In this document: piece by piece, positions 49,815 through 59,278 of the stretch
How positions within the stretch are numbered: the stretch's first letter is position 1
How the letters are laid out: each line of letters opens with the position of its first letter
Assembly (NCBI GenBank): GCA_039188945.1
Contig: JBCCYW010000002.1
Span: 26,449-90,448 of the forward strand
Reading direction: 5' to 3'
DNA from: Patescibacteria group bacterium
Lineage (GTDB): Bacteria > Patescibacteriota > Minisyncoccia > Phycocordibacterales > UBA918
Length of the DNA: 64,000 nt
The notes under the pieces: model-generated
Database searches by the model: none
What the model was told of the DNA's origin: nothing
What the model saw: the letters and a program-made list of their open reading frames with translations, nothing else
Made by a program: the position numbers and the translations under genes

Positions 49815-50549
49815 CTACAATAGCGCGTCTCCTAGAATTTGGTCGAGTTTTTTTAGATCATTTGGTTCAACACCGATGAGTTGCAATTCTTTTTCTTGAT
49901 AGAGTGCGGTTTTTTCCTCTCGATCTTTTTGGTAACGTCGGTCGGTCAGTCCCCAGAATTCGATAAAGTATCCATCTGTTACTTTAGAGCCACCTGGAAT
50001 ATAAAAATCACATCGCTTTACCCCAAGCTCTTTTAAAAATGGTTCGTAGGCATGGGCAATACCGTGTTGATACAGCCAATTATCAATTTCTAATTCCCCT
50101 TTACTGCGCACAAAATGGCCATCGTCAGTAACGTACGAAAAATCATCTGAACTGTCAGGCAATCGCTCATCTTGGATGAGTAGTGAATTGATAATCGAAA
50201 CTTGTTCATCATCAAGTCGAGCGGGTGGATACTTTTTAAACCGTAGAAGATGCCAATAGTCTTGACGAGAAATCGGTTTGTACTCTTTTACCCGTTTCAC
50301 TCGAACTTGCCATGGGAAGCTGCGGCCACTAGTTTCCCAGGCGTCAGGTTCAATATTCATCGCTCCATCCGATACAGCTTCAAAAGCCCCATGAATTTTC
50401 TTGGTCTGATAATTGAAAAGGAATAAGGTATCCCCAGCTCGTACTTCACCAGTTTTCTTTTCGTAGCCCTCCATGCCACCAAACAGTTCCCGCTCGAGAC
50501 ACTCTTGTTCGGTTACTCGTGAACACAGAAATACGTGACCTACTTTCAT
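49815..50549 (-). CDS. DCD/EVE-like domain fused to a PD-(D/E)XK-type nuclease
   Basis: VFLCS..TEQEC..RELFG, LFLFNY....IHG.FEA.SDG..NI.P.AW, FPWQV; C-terminal DGH.VRSKGE, DFY, IEFWG. Confidence 0.7.
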   Translation of the reverse strand: MKVGHVFLCSRVTEQECLERELFGGMEGYEKKTGEVRAGDTLFLFNYQTKKIHGAFEAVSDGAMNIEPDAWETSGRSFPWQVRVKRVKEYKPISRQDYWHLLRFKKYPPARLDDEQVSIINSLLIQDERLPDSSDDFSYVTDDGHFVRSKGELEIDNWLYQHGIAHAYEPFLKELGVKRCDFYIPGGSKVTDGYFIEFWGLTDRRYQKDREEKTALYQEKELQLIGVEPNDLKKLDQILGDALL

Positions 50550-50628
50550 GCTCGCACTATACTGATATCTAAAAATAAAGCAAAGAGCGGCCAACAAGTT
50601 GGCCGCTCTTTGCTTTTTAACTTCCACC

Positions 50629-50871
50629 TCACTCAGCGTCCTCTGGAGCATCGTCAAACGCCTGCTTGTACGAAGCGAAGGCTTTTTGCTGCTCTTCTGG
50701 TGATTTACTTTTCATTGCTTCCATCATAGCGATGTAGTCTTCATTGCCCGCCGCGATCATTTCCATCGCGCGCGCTTTGCATTTTTCTGCTACTTCTTCG
50801 AAGGTTTCTCCAGATACTTGAAAGTCGTCGCTCGCTGGACAACCCAAGTCTCGTACATATACAGTTTTCAT
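50629..50871 (-). CDS. DUF1059-like small protein
   Basis: Short acidic ORF, DLGCP..DF.VSGETFEEV; followed by hairpin at 50579-50614. Confidence 0.6.
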   Translation of the reverse strand: MKTVYVRDLGCPASDDFQVSGETFEEVAEKCKARAMEMIAAGNEDYIAMMEAMKSKSPEEQQKAFASYKQAFDDAPEDAE

Positions 50872-50896
50872 ATAGTAACTATACCCTACGAATCTC

Positions 50897-51331
50897 TTAG
50901 TCCAAATCTAATTCTAGATCCGGCTCAGTGTACGGCTCGAAGTCTTCAGGCGTAAAAATAAACTTACCAGTGCCCCAATCGAAGTCCTTCGGTCGCTTAA
51001 CTTGAATATATGGGTACTTGTTTAAGCCTGGCTGCTTGGTTTTGTTGTAATCACTACTAGCTCCCTCGCGATACTCAATTGGGTCTTCCTCAAACTCAAG
51101 ACCTTCTATTTCACTTACCTCGGTGGTTTCTTCGACCAGTACACAATTCGCACCGGTTTCATCACACTGATAGACCTTGGTAGTAAATAAACCAAGGAAC
51201 GTACCACCTGGCTGTACACCCGGCAGATGCACCATACCTGGATGCTGATTGCCAAAAGTAAGAGCATTGCTATACAGTGCAAACCACGTCAGCAAAATGA
51301 GCGGTCCACCAATATAAAAAAGTGTTTTCAT
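50897..51331 (-). CDS. Hypothetical membrane-anchored protein
   Basis: 144-aa ORF with N-terminal hydrophobic segment. Confidence 0.6.
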   Translation of the reverse strand: MKTLFYIGGPLILLTWFALYSNALTFGNQHPGMVHLPGVQPGGTFLGLFTTKVYQCDETGANCVLVEETTEVSEIEGLEFEEDPIEYREGASSDYNKTKQPGLNKYPYIQVKRPKDFDWGTGKFIFTPEDFEPYTEPDLELDLD

Positions 51332-51371
51332 AGAATTACTATACGATCTTCGTACGATTTAGCAAAAGTAA

Positions 51372-52688
51372 TTAAAATGATTCAATTCGATATAACCCTC
51401 CAGCGCTCTCACCCGCACGACTTTGCCGGCTGGTGGTGTCTGTGAGTACGTAGAGATAACTATCAGGACCTTGTCCCAGACTTCTCACCCGCACGTCTCC
51501 AACCGTAATCATTTGTTGGTCTACTACTTGTCCCGAATCGTCTGTCACAAGGTGGAAGATTGCGCCCGCCGGTCGTGTTGCGTAGGCAGCGATTGTGGTG
51601 TTGCTCCGCAACAACATGCCAGCTAAGAAGATAGTTTGATTCTCACTTACACCGTATTGACTGCCGCTAAAGACAACCACCTCAGACGGTGCGATAGTTG
51701 GCGTCCAGACGGCGAGCGGATTGCGCACTCCCGGCAAGGTTTGATTTGGTGAGATTTCAGTTGAAAAGGCATCATACTCAGTCGCAAAGGTAGCGAGCGG
51801 CCAGCCATAGTTGGCTCCTGGCAGCACAATATTTAATTCATCACCGCCTTTGCTGCCATGCTCACTCGCCACCACCTGGCCATTAGCAGCTACATCAATG
51901 CCTTGCGAGTTGCGATGACCATAGCTATAGATTTCTGGCTGCACATCTGGACGACCAATAAATGGATTATCTTCAGGAATTGAACCGTCATCATTGATAC
52001 GAATAATTTTGCCCAAATGCGCTTGCAGATTTTGAGCCTGCTCGCGAATCAACGCGCCAGCGTATTCAGTTGGTGGATTACCGCCGTCCCCGACGGAGAA
52101 GAGGAGGGTGTTGTCGGGGAGCCACGCGAAGCGCGACCCGAAGTGCTGGGCACCAGTCTTGGTTTCGCCGACTTCAAAAATAACTTCGAGATTTTCTAGA
52201 GTAGTGTCGGCAAGCTCGGCTCGCGCGACCCGAAGGCGATTCCCTTCGTTGATGCCATGAGCGTACGAGAGGTAGACCAAGTTATTAGTTTCAAAATCTG
52301 GGTGAATGGTGATATCAAGCAAACCACCCTGTCCAGAGGAAAGCACTGTCGGCACATTTGTAATTGGGGCAGACACTTGACCATCGCGTACCCGACGCAG
52401 GCTGCCAAACCGCTCAGTAACGAGGAGGTCACCATCGGGCAACCAAACAAAAGCCCACGGCGCATCGAGACCAGTTGTCACCGGAGTGAGCTCAGCTTCG
52501 CGCACTGGCAGATCGCGGTAGTCAGTAATACTCGGAATTGGATTTGGTGTATCACCTTCGTACACGCTGTCGATCTCGACCGGTACTTGATTAGGTTGCT
52601 CTGACAATCGCTCGACATCTTGCACTACATACCAGTACCCGCCACCGATGGCGATAAGTACCAGTACCAAAAACACAGTTCGACTCAT
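51372..52688 (-). CDS. PQQ-dependent sugar dehydrogenase (GSDH beta-propeller)
   Basis: GQGGLLD, HFGSR, YGHRN.QG, EHG..GGDELN, NYGWP. Confidence 0.92.
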   Translation of the reverse strand: MSRTVFLVLVLIAIGGGYWYVVQDVERLSEQPNQVPVEIDSVYEGDTPNPIPSITDYRDLPVREAELTPVTTGLDAPWAFVWLPDGDLLVTERFGSLRRVRDGQVSAPITNVPTVLSSGQGGLLDITIHPDFETNNLVYLSYAHGINEGNRLRVARAELADTTLENLEVIFEVGETKTGAQHFGSRFAWLPDNTLLFSVGDGGNPPTEYAGALIREQAQNLQAHLGKIIRINDDGSIPEDNPFIGRPDVQPEIYSYGHRNSQGIDVAANGQVVASEHGSKGGDELNIVLPGANYGWPLATFATEYDAFSTEISPNQTLPGVRNPLAVWTPTIAPSEVVVFSGSQYGVSENQTIFLAGMLLRSNTTIAAYATRPAGAIFHLVTDDSGQVVDQQMITVGDVRVRSLGQGPDSYLYVLTDTTSRQSRAGESAGGLYRIESF

Positions 52689-52778
52689 GAGTAGTATTGT
52701 ACGTTATTACAAAAATAAGCGCCCGAACTTTGCAGTCTGGGCACCAATTGTTCTCTTCACGTTAGCACTACTCTAACC

Positions 52779-53351
52779 TCAAGAAGCCCTTCTGCCTCGA
52801 CCTCGCCGACGCGAGCGTATTGTAGCCAATGGCTGGTAGGCGACTGCCACATGATGTTCGCAGTACGGCTTACCAGGAGCGCAGGGTAGGCCACAAAAAT
52901 AGAAGTTCTCTTCAGCTGGATCCCCGATCGGCCATTTGCACGTTCTTTCGGTAAGTTCGAGTAAGCTGAGCTTTTTAGCCTGCGGATTGATTTTGCTCAG
53001 AAGGTCTTCAGCCAACTTTCGCTCTGCAGCCTCATCAACTTGCGGAATTGGCTTCCGCGGATGATTGAATGGATTCCCGGGTCGCGGTCTCTGGCTCGGG
53101 CGTGCTGGTGATGCTTCGACAGCAAGAGGGATAGTCTCTGGCTGATTTTTAGGCTGCTTATTTTCTTCGCCATCACCACCTTTTATTTTTTCACCTTCAG
53201 ACTGTCTGCTAGTAAGGCCAAGTCGATGAATCTTTCCAATCACACCGTTCCTGGTGACACCGCCCAGGGATTTGGCTATCTGCGAAGCCGACATTCCTTC
53301 GGCCCATAGCTTTTTTAGTTTTTCAACTCGCTCGTCTGTCCATGAAGACAT
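52779..53351 (-). CDS. gcrA: GcrA cell-cycle regulator homolog
   Basis: WTDERVEKLKKLWAEGMSASQIA..LGGVTRN.VIGKIHRLGL and LLELTERTCKWPIGDP...FCG.......PYCEHH..AYQP; SD AAAGGAG. Confidence 0.93.
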   Translation of the reverse strand: MSSWTDERVEKLKKLWAEGMSASQIAKSLGGVTRNGVIGKIHRLGLTSRQSEGEKIKGGDGEENKQPKNQPETIPLAVEASPARPSQRPRPGNPFNHPRKPIPQVDEAAERKLAEDLLSKINPQAKKLSLLELTERTCKWPIGDPAEENFYFCGLPCAPGKPYCEHHVAVAYQPLATIRSRRRGRGRRAS

Positions 53352-53546
53352 AGCAATCTCCTTTATATAACTGTTTTCTGGCGCTACAGTAGCACGAATT
53401 AGTGAATAGACAATCAATCACCACGCTGCCTTACCGCCAGATCATTTGTTTTATTTTAGCTATCAGCGAATCATCATCTTGTTACAGCAGCCTTACTCCA
53501 CAAACAAACTATAAAAATAACTGGGGCTTTGCTATACTCGCCCGAC

Positions 53547-53936
53547 ATGACGCCAGGAAAGGTCAAAGTAAAACGCGGATTGGCGGGGCTCGGTTTGTTT
53601 GCTGATCAGGAATTTAAACGTGATGATTTTATTATTGAGTATACTGGTGAACTGATTACCGATGAAGAACGGAATCGCCGGGGTGGAAAATATTTGTTTG
53701 AAATAGATGAAGAGTGGACCATCGATGGAAAAGATCGCAGTAATATTGCTCGCTACATTAATCATGGTTGCAAAAACAACGCCTACGCTGAAGTCGATGA
53801 GGAAGAGAGACGAGTGTTTGTGCGTGCCAAGAAAAAGATCCAGCCTGGCGAGGAGATCACCTTTCACTACGGTAAAGAATACTTTGACGAGTATATGAGT
53901 AACGGCCGTTGTCGGTGCGCGAGCTGCCGTAGCTAA
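53547..53936 (+). CDS. SET-domain lysine methyltransferase
   Basis: GLGLFA, IIEYTG, RYINHGC, GEEITFHY, post-SET CRCASC. Confidence 0.92.
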   Translation: MTPGKVKVKRGLAGLGLFADQEFKRDDFIIEYTGELITDEERNRRGGKYLFEIDEEWTIDGKDRSNIARYINHGCKNNAYAEVDEEERRVFVRAKKKIQPGEEITFHYGKEYFDEYMSNGRCRCASCRS

Positions 53937-54592
53937 CCACTGGGCGAGGCTTCAGGCTGCGATTCTGGCGAAGCAGCTTCGGATGACTCAGTCTTGGGAG
54001 CGACTTCCACTGCTTCTGCTACTTCCGGTGATGATTCAGTTTCGGTTCCTGCTTCTGATTCTGCTTCCACGTTTTCCTCAGAATCACCTACTTGCTCGTC
54101 AGTTGAGCTAGCCGTTTCGTCGGTACTGCTAGCAGTTGAAGTTGCTGTGCTGGTGCCAAGTTCAGATTCGACTGCAGCTGCAGTATCGTCGGGCGGATCG
54201 AACGTTGGACCCGAGCCAACTAAACCACCATTTGGCAATTGATTGCTAGTATCTTGCACTGGAATCGTTTTTCGCACCGTCGAAGACTCTTCTCCTTCAG
54301 GTGTTTCACCAGCGATCACTTTCGCGTTTCGGGCCTCAATTTTTTCGGTTACATTTATTTCACCAGCGTCAAGAAACCCAATCCCAACCGACGCCCCGCT
54401 AATGATAAAGAAGCTTGCCGCAGCAATCAGGTAGCTATTTCGAAATTTTCGACCAGCTTGTGCTTGCGCTTTTACTGGTGTTGGGGCTTTACGTCGCGTA
54501 GTCGCGCGTTTAGCCGCGGTACGCTTAACCGCCGCTCGCTTACGTGGAGCCCTAGTTGTTGGGTCTGACGAAGATGCAGCCGCTCTCGGCAT
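53933..54592 (-). CDS. Membrane protein with basic K/R-rich N-terminal tail and acidic extracellular tail
   Basis: RAPRKRAAVKRTAAKRATTRRKA, one TM, S/T/E-rich C-terminus. Confidence 0.75.
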   Translation of the reverse strand: MPRAAASSSDPTTRAPRKRAAVKRTAAKRATTRRKAPTPVKAQAQAGRKFRNSYLIAAASFFIISGASVGIGFLDAGEINVTEKIEARNAKVIAGETPEGEESSTVRKTIPVQDTSNQLPNGGLVGSGPTFDPPDDTAAAVESELGTSTATSTASSTDETASSTDEQVGDSEENVEAESEAGTETESSPEVAEAVEVAPKTESSEAASPESQPEASPSG

Positions 54593-54632
54593 ATGCTGAT
54601 GATTGTACCATCTGCTACAATAAAGCGATATT

Positions 54633-55436
54633 ATGAGCGTGTTGTTGCTAATGACCGGTATTTTTGCTTCAGTCCTGTTGCTTTATTTGGCTGGCATCTT
54701 TTTGTTATCTCGGGTGTTGCGCGATAACAGTATTATGGATATTGCTTACGGTCCGGCTTTTGCTATTGCAGCCATCGCCACCCTTCTACTCACCGACACT
54801 GCATCACCCCTACCAGTTTTGATTGCTACTTGCATTACCATCTGGGCACTCCGCTTGTTCACAAGAATCCTGCGAAAGAATTTTGGCAAGCCTGAAGACG
54901 CTCGCTACGCCGCCTGGCGTGAGAAATGGCTACAAAAAGGGTCGCTCTATTTTATTGTGCGTAGCTTTCTGCAGGTAAATCTCTTGCAGGGCGTCATTAT
55001 TTTGCTGGTGGCTTCTCCGTTTATCATAAGTATCGCGGCTGGTGATGCGATACACCTCTGGTTCGTGTGCGTTGGCTTTGCTATCTATGCTTTCGGATTA
55101 ACTTATGAATCAATTGCCGACTGGCAACTCGATCGGTTTATTGCTGGAAAAAAAGCTGGTACTGAGCCGGCCAACCTCATGGTAACAGGCTTATTTCGCT
55201 ATAGTCGCCGGCCAAATTACTTTGGTGAAACTTTGATTTGGTGGGGTTTGGCGATTATGGCACTCCCTTTGCCATTTGGATATCTTGCCCTGATAAGTCC
55301 CCTTCTGATAACGTTCATCGTCACAAGAGTCACGGGTCCGATGCTTGAAGAGATCTTTTTAGAGAAGTATCCTGAGGAGTATCGAGCCTACATGGAGCGA
55401 ACGAGTTACTTTTTCCCACTACCACCAACATCATGA
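54633..55436 (+). CDS. DUF1295 (steroid reductase-like) membrane protein
   Basis: EDARY, ESIADWQL, YSRRPNYFGE. Confidence 0.9.
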   Translation: MSVLLLMTGIFASVLLLYLAGIFLLSRVLRDNSIMDIAYGPAFAIAAIATLLLTDTASPLPVLIATCITIWALRLFTRILRKNFGKPEDARYAAWREKWLQKGSLYFIVRSFLQVNLLQGVIILLVASPFIISIAAGDAIHLWFVCVGFAIYAFGLTYESIADWQLDRFIAGKKAGTEPANLMVTGLFRYSRRPNYFGETLIWWGLAIMALPLPFGYLALISPLLITFIVTRVTGPMLEEIFLEKYPEEYRAYMERTSYFFPLPPTS

Positions 55437-55822
55437 ACCGACTGATCGTTATTGCTTTTCTTGCCGGCGTTGCCAGTAGTTTTATTGGTGGTACCCTTGG
55501 CCTCGTAGCAGCTTCTCCGCATACGCAAGAGCGCGATCAGCGAATATTTATATATGACGGGCTGATGAATCCCTTACGTCGTTCATACGCTTGTCGATGT
55601 TGGGTATTGCGAAACGAGGTAACCTTAGAAGGTTATATCAAAACTGTTCGCAGTGTTATTGAAACCCCATCGGGAAGAGTAAACGGTGGCATTATTAACA
55701 TCTCAGATACTGAACTAGCCCATCTCGATCGTCACTACGGTGTACCCCACGACTACAGACGTACTTTGATAAATCACAATGGCTTTGACACCTGGTTGTA
55801 TGTCCAAAACGGCGATTTCTGA
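55433..55822 (+). CDS. Degenerate gamma-glutamylcyclotransferase-like protein
   Basis: FIYDGLMNP, LEGY, V.G......EL..LD..YG, YRR pattern. Confidence 0.5.
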   Translation: MNRLIVIAFLAGVASSFIGGTLGLVAASPHTQERDQRIFIYDGLMNPLRRSYACRCWVLRNEVTLEGYIKTVRSVIETPSGRVNGGIINISDTELAHLDRHYGVPHDYRRTLINHNGFDTWLYVQNGDF

Positions 55823-55940
55823 TTGCAAAATAAGCCTAGTATGGTAGATTCTTACTACCAATCGTGTTGTATTGGAAACGGTGCTCTACCGTTTTTTTCA
55901 ATTACGATTTCTATCGAACTACTCATTAAGACCCCTATTT

Positions 55941-56618
55941 TTGCCCCGACCACAAAAGAGATCATTCAACCCCAAGGACCGTACCCGGATCAATCAGGCT
56001 ATTACCGCGCGTGAACTGCGGGTAATTGGCGCTAAGGGTGAAAACTTAGGAGTGATTTCACGCGACGAGGCACTGAAAGAGGCAGATAAGGCTAATCTTG
56101 ATCTAATCGAGATCTCACCAGGAGCAAAGCCTCCGGTAGCTAAAATCATGGACTTTGGTAAGTACCGTTATGAAACTGGACGCAAGGCACGTGAAGTGAA
56201 AGCCAAGTCACACGTGACTGAGACTAAGAATGTGCAGGTGAAAATTGGTACTGGTGAGCATGACCAGCAGCTCAAAGCCCGCCGGATTGCTGAGTGGCTT
56301 GAGGAAGGGCACCGAGTTAAAGTCGATCTTTTCCTCTGGGGACGCTACAAGTACATGGAGCCTGATTTCTTGAAAGAACGGTTAAATCGTTTCCTCAAAA
56401 TCATTCCCGCTGAGTATAAGATTGCTGAAGAAATCAAGAAAAGTCCAAAGGGTTTCTCGTGCATTATCGAACGTGTGGCGGGTGCCCAAAAGCAAGATAA
56501 ACCACGGATTATCGAAGAGGAAAAGCCGCAGAAAAGCGAGAAAAAGGCTGAGAAAACGGATGAGCAGAAGTCGAAAAAGAAGTCCCTCGATGAACTCTTG
56601 GAGGGTGGAATGATCTAG
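55941..56618 (+). CDS. infC: Translation initiation factor IF-3 (start uncertain, probably non-AUG)
   Basis: RINQAI, PPVAKIMDFGKYRYE; upstream of rpmI-rplT. Confidence 0.93.
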   Translation: MPRPQKRSFNPKDRTRINQAITARELRVIGAKGENLGVISRDEALKEADKANLDLIEISPGAKPPVAKIMDFGKYRYETGRKAREVKAKSHVTETKNVQVKIGTGEHDQQLKARRIAEWLEEGHRVKVDLFLWGRYKYMEPDFLKERLNRFLKIIPAEYKIAEEIKKSPKGFSCIIERVAGAQKQDKPRIIEEEKPQKSEKKAEKTDEQKSKKKSLDELLEGGMI

Positions 56619-56719
56619 TTCAAAACACTGGACTTTTAGAGTGAAATACTGTATATTTTTCCCACTTTTTGCTTCTTCTCAGGCGAAAATACCCCGAAAT
56701 TGAATTTCACACGATTCAT

Positions 56720-56911
56720 ATGAAAACCAACAAATCGTATACCAAACGCATCAAAGTGACCAAAAACGGTAAGCTGATTGCCCGCAAGCCTGGTCAAAAT
56801 CACTTTAATGCTCGCCAGTCTGGACAGCAACGGCTCGCTCGAAAGCGAACGCAGGCTTTGACCCTGTCGAAACGAACGACTCGTCGTTTTCTACCTAAAT
56901 CAGGCGCTTAA
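56720..56911 (+). CDS. rpmI: 50S ribosomal protein L35
   Basis: MKTNKSYTKRIKVTKNGK. Confidence 0.9.
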   Translation: MKTNKSYTKRIKVTKNGKLIARKPGQNHFNARQSGQQRLARKRTQALTLSKRTTRRFLPKSGA

Positions 56912-56934
56912 TTATTTAGTCGTAAAACAACACT

Positions 56935-57279
56935 ATGGCACGAGTAAAAGGAGGAGCATCAGCGATGAAGCGACGTCGCACTATCCTCTCCCAAGTAAAA
57001 GGCTACCGCTTTGCTCGCTCAAAGAAGACCCGAGCAGCTCGCGAAGCAATCTACCATGCGCAACTGCACGCGTTTGCACACCGCAAAGACAAGAAAAACG
57101 ATTTCCGTCAGCTCTGGATCACCCGAATCAACGCTGCACTTATGGCACACGGCATGAAGTACAGCCGTTTCATCAAAGCGATGAAGGATAAGCAGATTGG
57201 TCTCGATCGTAAGGTACTGGCTACGCTAGCAAAAGATCGTCCAGAAGCCTTCGCTCGAGTAGTTGAACAGGTTAAGTAA
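56935..57279 (+). CDS. rplT: 50S ribosomal protein L20
   Basis: MARVKGG, FRQLWITRINAA, LDRKVLA. Confidence 0.97.
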   Translation: MARVKGGASAMKRRRTILSQVKGYRFARSKKTRAAREAIYHAQLHAFAHRKDKKNDFRQLWITRINAALMAHGMKYSRFIKAMKDKQIGLDRKVLATLAKDRPEAFARVVEQVK

Positions 57280-57297
57280 GCACTTAACAATACAATG

Positions 57298-57330
57298 AGA
57301 AAGCCGCCTCACATCGTGAGGCGGCTTTCT
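57298..57330. terminator. Bidirectional terminator between rplT and the beta-CASP gene
   Basis: AGAAAGCCGCCTCAC-ATC-GTGAGGCGGCTTTCT. Confidence 0.85.
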
Positions 57331-58689
57331 TTAGAAATCAACTTCAATTTCCTGGTTTTCGTCTGGAGCAATAGCGTTTACTCCTAAGTAATCACGTAAG
57401 CGTTGGGTGAGGAACAAAGATGATTTCTCCTCACCCATAGTGACAAACACCTGCTTGGCTTTATCACCTCCCTGGGCGACCAGATCGATCAGTTGATCGC
57501 GATCAGCGTGACCTGAGAAGCCACGAATACGCTCAATCCTAGCTCGTACCCGGACATCCGTACCATCAATGCGGATTTTTTTTGCACCATCATGGAGAAG
57601 TCTGCCTACGCTTCCAACCGATTGGTAACCAACCAGAAGCAGGGTTGTATTGGGATCGCCAAGATAACGCCGTTCATGGCGACGAATCCGGCCACCATGG
57701 CTCATACCACTACCAGCAATAATCACCTTTGGCGCTTGGGTGAAATCGATTTCGGCTGAATCTTGTACGGTTGGCGTAAACGACAGGCCTTTGAAAGCGA
57801 AAATGTCGTCGCCGTGTAGGACCTGCTGCCAGATTTCTGGTTTGAGGTACTCTGGGTACTGACGATAGATTTCTGTGACACGAATCGCTAGTGGCGAGTC
57901 GAGAAATACAGGAATTGGTTCGAAGCGCCCACTCTCAACCAAGTTGTTTATTTCAAACAAAATCCCCTGCGTGCGCTCCAGTGAGAACGCCGGAATAATA
58001 AGTGTTCCCTTTCGCTCTTTCGCTCCCTCAAGCTGTGCCAACAGAAGCTCAGTGCGCTCCTCGACTTCTTCGTGCAACCGATCGCCGTACACACTCTCCA
58101 TCACCATGTAGTCGTAGTCTTCCGGAATCACTGGCGGCGCCATGAGTGGCTGTGGCACATTACCCACGTCACCCGTGAAGACAAACTTCTTGCCATTTCG
58201 AGTGAGCTGCACCATAGCTGAACCGAGAATATGTCCAGCGTTGGTGAACACTGCCTCTACGCCATCACCTAGTGAAAAAGGTTCATCATAACGAGTGGTG
58301 TCCCAAATTGAAAATGCATGCTGAATATCACCTTCGCTGTATAACACTGGTAAGCTGTGCCGCTCAGCTTCAAACTGCATCACATGCAGTGCATCATCAA
58401 GCATGATCTCTGCTAGGGCTTTCGTGGGTGCCGTTGAATAAATTCGGCCGCGAAAGCCGTCTTTTACGAGCTTTGGAATGCGACCAATATGATCGGCGTG
58501 AGCGTGCGTGACCAGAAGCACGTCAATATCTTTTGGATTATAGACAAAGGGTTCAGCGTTTTGCTCTTGCGAGAAACGATCACCCTGGATCAACCCACAA
58601 TCGACCATAATCGCCACCTCACCGGTATCAAGCACAAAATTGGCCCCGGTTACCGAACCGACACCTCCATAAAACCCAATCGTACTCAT
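57331..58689 (-). CDS. MBL-fold beta-CASP ribonuclease
   Basis: THAHADHIG, AGHILGS, FTGD, ESVYG, SGHAD. Confidence 0.93.
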   Translation of the reverse strand: MSTIGFYGGVGSVTGANFVLDTGEVAIMVDCGLIQGDRFSQEQNAEPFVYNPKDIDVLLVTHAHADHIGRIPKLVKDGFRGRIYSTAPTKALAEIMLDDALHVMQFEAERHSLPVLYSEGDIQHAFSIWDTTRYDEPFSLGDGVEAVFTNAGHILGSAMVQLTRNGKKFVFTGDVGNVPQPLMAPPVIPEDYDYMVMESVYGDRLHEEVEERTELLLAQLEGAKERKGTLIIPAFSLERTQGILFEINNLVESGRFEPIPVFLDSPLAIRVTEIYRQYPEYLKPEIWQQVLHGDDIFAFKGLSFTPTVQDSAEIDFTQAPKVIIAGSGMSHGGRIRRHERRYLGDPNTTLLLVGYQSVGSVGRLLHDGAKKIRIDGTDVRVRARIERIRGFSGHADRDQLIDLVAQGGDKAKQVFVTMGEEKSSLFLTQRLRDYLGVNAIAPDENQEIEVDF

Positions 58690-59090
58690 ACGCTACCCAA
58701 CTTACTCGACTCACCAACATAATACGCAATCCAGCCCCCTAAGAAGCCCATAATTAAATCGATGATCGTATCCTGAATAAAATTCTCTTCAATCTCACGC
58801 CCAACAATAAATAGTTCAAACAACTCCCAGAGTCCTGCGACAATAATTACAAAGCCAAGAATTTGCCATAATTTAAAGCAGTAGAGCGCTGGAATAATTC
58901 GCAGATCTCGCAGTACATACAGGCCAAGACCGGCCACACACCCACCGAGAAGATGTACGGGAATATCAAGCCACAAAAAATGCCAGTACAAAAACAGCTC
59001 GAGCGCTATGATGTGCACTACTGCTAGGATTGAGCCGGCTATCAGAAAATAAATCGTTGCTAGTTGGATCATGTTGTTCAATAGTATCAT
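58686..59090 (-). CDS. Membrane protein (DUF2238/VanZ-like)
   Basis: WLDIPVHLLGG, LWELFE, DTIIDL..G..G. Confidence 0.7.
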   Translation of the reverse strand: MILLNNMIQLATIYFLIAGSILAVVHIIALELFLYWHFLWLDIPVHLLGGCVAGLGLYVLRDLRIIPALYCFKLWQILGFVIIVAGLWELFELFIVGREIEENFIQDTIIDLIMGFLGGWIAYYVGESSKLGSV

Positions 59091-59130
59091 TCTGCATGAA
59101 AAAACACCTCGCTATGAGGCATGCTTTCAT

Positions 59131-59278
59131 GGAACCACTGCGTATGCTCCTGGAAAAACCAGGTGGGCACCCTTTCTGTCCCGCCTATTCGAAATTGATT
59201 GCTCATTCTCGGCACGGAACACGACTGCAGGCAGCCCTGAACATAATATTTAAGCGGAACATACGTCTATGTGGTTCC
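59131..59278 (-). ncRNA. ssrS: 6S-RNA-like long hairpin with central bubble
   Basis: GGAACCAC/GTGGTTCC and CGTATGTTCC/GGAGCATACG stems, A/U-rich bubble, CCCACCTG; upstream TGCTAGAAT extended -10, downstream terminator 59096-59130. Confidence 0.6.
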
